Below, in pieces: positions 62,748 to 64,000 of a DNA stretch of 64,000 bases. Within the stretch, counting starts at the first letter, position 1, and the number at the start of each line of letters is the position of its first letter. This stretch comes from a virus. A program made the position numbers and the translations under genes. Location: positions 1-64,000 of the IMG/VR virus record IMGVR_UViG_3300037515_000188; one strand, given 5' to 3'. Under the pieces are notes generated by a model, which saw only the letters and a program-made list of their open reading frames with translations, searched no databases and was not told the DNA's origin.

Positions 62748-64000
62748 GTTTTAATAAATCATTTACCCGTGATTTATCCGTAGCCGAGGAATGGGTTCGT
62801 AATCCTGAATGGGTGACATTACCAACAGTTACCACGGGCGATAACACTTTTGTTGGGTTGTATGCCATTCACCCGGACATTCCGAATCATTGCGCCTTAC
62901 GTGCTTCCGGAAATTACACGGTGGATTGGGGAGATGGAACCGCTCCGGAAAATGTAAATTCTGCCGTTACGGCAGAGCATACTTATAATTACGATGATGT
63001 TGACTTATTAGGTACTACTGTAGGTGCTGTGGATGCAGTTGACTGTACATTTCAGGATACTGAAGATACAGTTACGGTAACTGATCATCTATTTCAAAAC
63101 GGACACATTATCCAGTTTGCCACTATTAACAGCACAACAGGGATCAGTATTGATACCAAATACTATGTACGTGACCGAACTGTCAATACATTTAAAGTTT
63201 CGGCTACTAGAGGCGGGGATGCTCTGACTCTGACTACAGATGGCACCGGTACAGTCTATGCACCAATGTATCGGCAGGCAGTTATTGTAATCACTATGCA
63301 ATCAGCACAAACATTTACTAGTATTAGTTTGGACTTTTCGCATTCGGCAACATCAACTATTAATTTTAGTGGTTTACCATGGCTAGATATAATCATATGT
63401 GGTGCATCATTAACCATAATTGATCTCAATATGGGCTATAATCGGCGTCTTTCACGGCTGGAACAAGTCACTATTATTGATCACTCTATGATAAATATGG
63501 CTAACATGTTTATTAAATGCTTCGCTTTGCAATCCGTGCCATTATTTAATACAGCATCCGTAACGAACATGTCAAGCATGTTTAATAGTTGCAGCGCTTT
63601 GCAATCCGTGCCATTGTTTAATACAGCATCCGTAACGAACATGTCAAGCATGTTTAATGGCTGCGGCGCTTTGCAATCAGTGCCATTGTTTAATACGACA
63701 GAAGTAATAGGTATGAGTAGTATGTTTAACTTATGTTACTCCCTACAATCAGTACCATTGTTTGATACGGCAAAGGTAACGTCCATGAACAGCATGTTTA
63801 ATAATTGTACCTCTTTGCAATCAGTGCCATTATTTAATACAGCGGCAGTAACAACTATGTCCAGCATGTTTGCTAGTTGTAGCTCTTTGCAATCAGTGCC
63901 ATTATTTAATACGACATTGGTAGATATTATGAGTAATATGTTTAATGTATGCTACTCCCTACAATCAGTACCATTGTTTAATACAGCGGCAGTAACAACT
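62744..64000 (+). CDS. BspA/DUF285-type repeat surface/tail protein with a PKD-like motif (partial, runs off the window)
   Basis: Open from ATG 62744 to the end; YTVDWGDG...HTY; at least seven 23-aa repeats M..MF..C.(A/S)LQSVPLFNT..V.. Confidence 0.85.
   Translation, partial: MSFNKSFTRDLSVAEEWVRNPEWVTLPTVTTGDNTFVGLYAIHPDIPNHCALRASGNYTVDWGDGTAPENVNSAVTAEHTYNYDDVDLLGTTVGAVDAVDCTFQDTEDTVTVTDHLFQNGHIIQFATINSTTGISIDTKYYVRDRTVNTFKVSATRGGDALTLTTDGTGTVYAPMYRQAVIVITMQSAQTFTSISLDFSHSATSTINFSGLPWLDIIICGASLTIIDLNMGYNRRLSRLEQVTIIDHSMINMANMFIKCFALQSVPLFNTASVTNMSSMFNSCSALQSVPLFNTASVTNMSSMFNGCGALQSVPLFNTTEVIGMSSMFNLCYSLQSVPLFDTAKVTSMNSMFNNCTSLQSVPLFNTAAVTTMSSMFASCSSLQSVPLFNTTLVDIMSNMFNVCYSLQSVPLFNTAAVTT

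Overview
AT-rich window of a large dsDNA phage genome, most likely a T4-related or jumbo myophage. The evidence is rIIA/rIIB, a T4-type RNA ligase 1, dense sigma70-type early promoters, T4-like late ATAAATA boxes and phage tRNAs. It has four parts. (i) Three arrays of about 85 tandem, translationally coupled micro-ORFs of 45-80 aa that share an MK[ILT][IL] start but are otherwise hypervariable: 1-8752 (-), 10103-12159 (+), ~51600-57548 (-). Array 1 has a recurrent ~45-nt junction repeat and chimeric members. (ii) An early/middle region, 12291-51196, with a DUF6745 pair, rIIA/rIIB, GP88, SprT, two RNA ligases, a DUF853 ATPase, a nucleotidyltransferase split by a homing endonuclease, Fic, Lar, RadC/JAB, ArdA-like and many small hypothetical genes, plus five tRNAs. 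(iii) A rich non-coding layer: three ~1-kb repeated intergenic modules ending in a conserved ~87-nt element, several TnpB omega-RNA-like/IS607-type miniature elements without tnpB, three copies of a covarying pseudoknotted RNA motif, two tRNA-like RNAs with two T-arms, and other structured RNAs. (iv) The start of a late region with three T7 gp0.7-like kinases, two ASCH/DUF3850 genes and a BspA/DUF285-type repeat protein running off the end. All family calls come from motif recognition by eye; no database searches were run.
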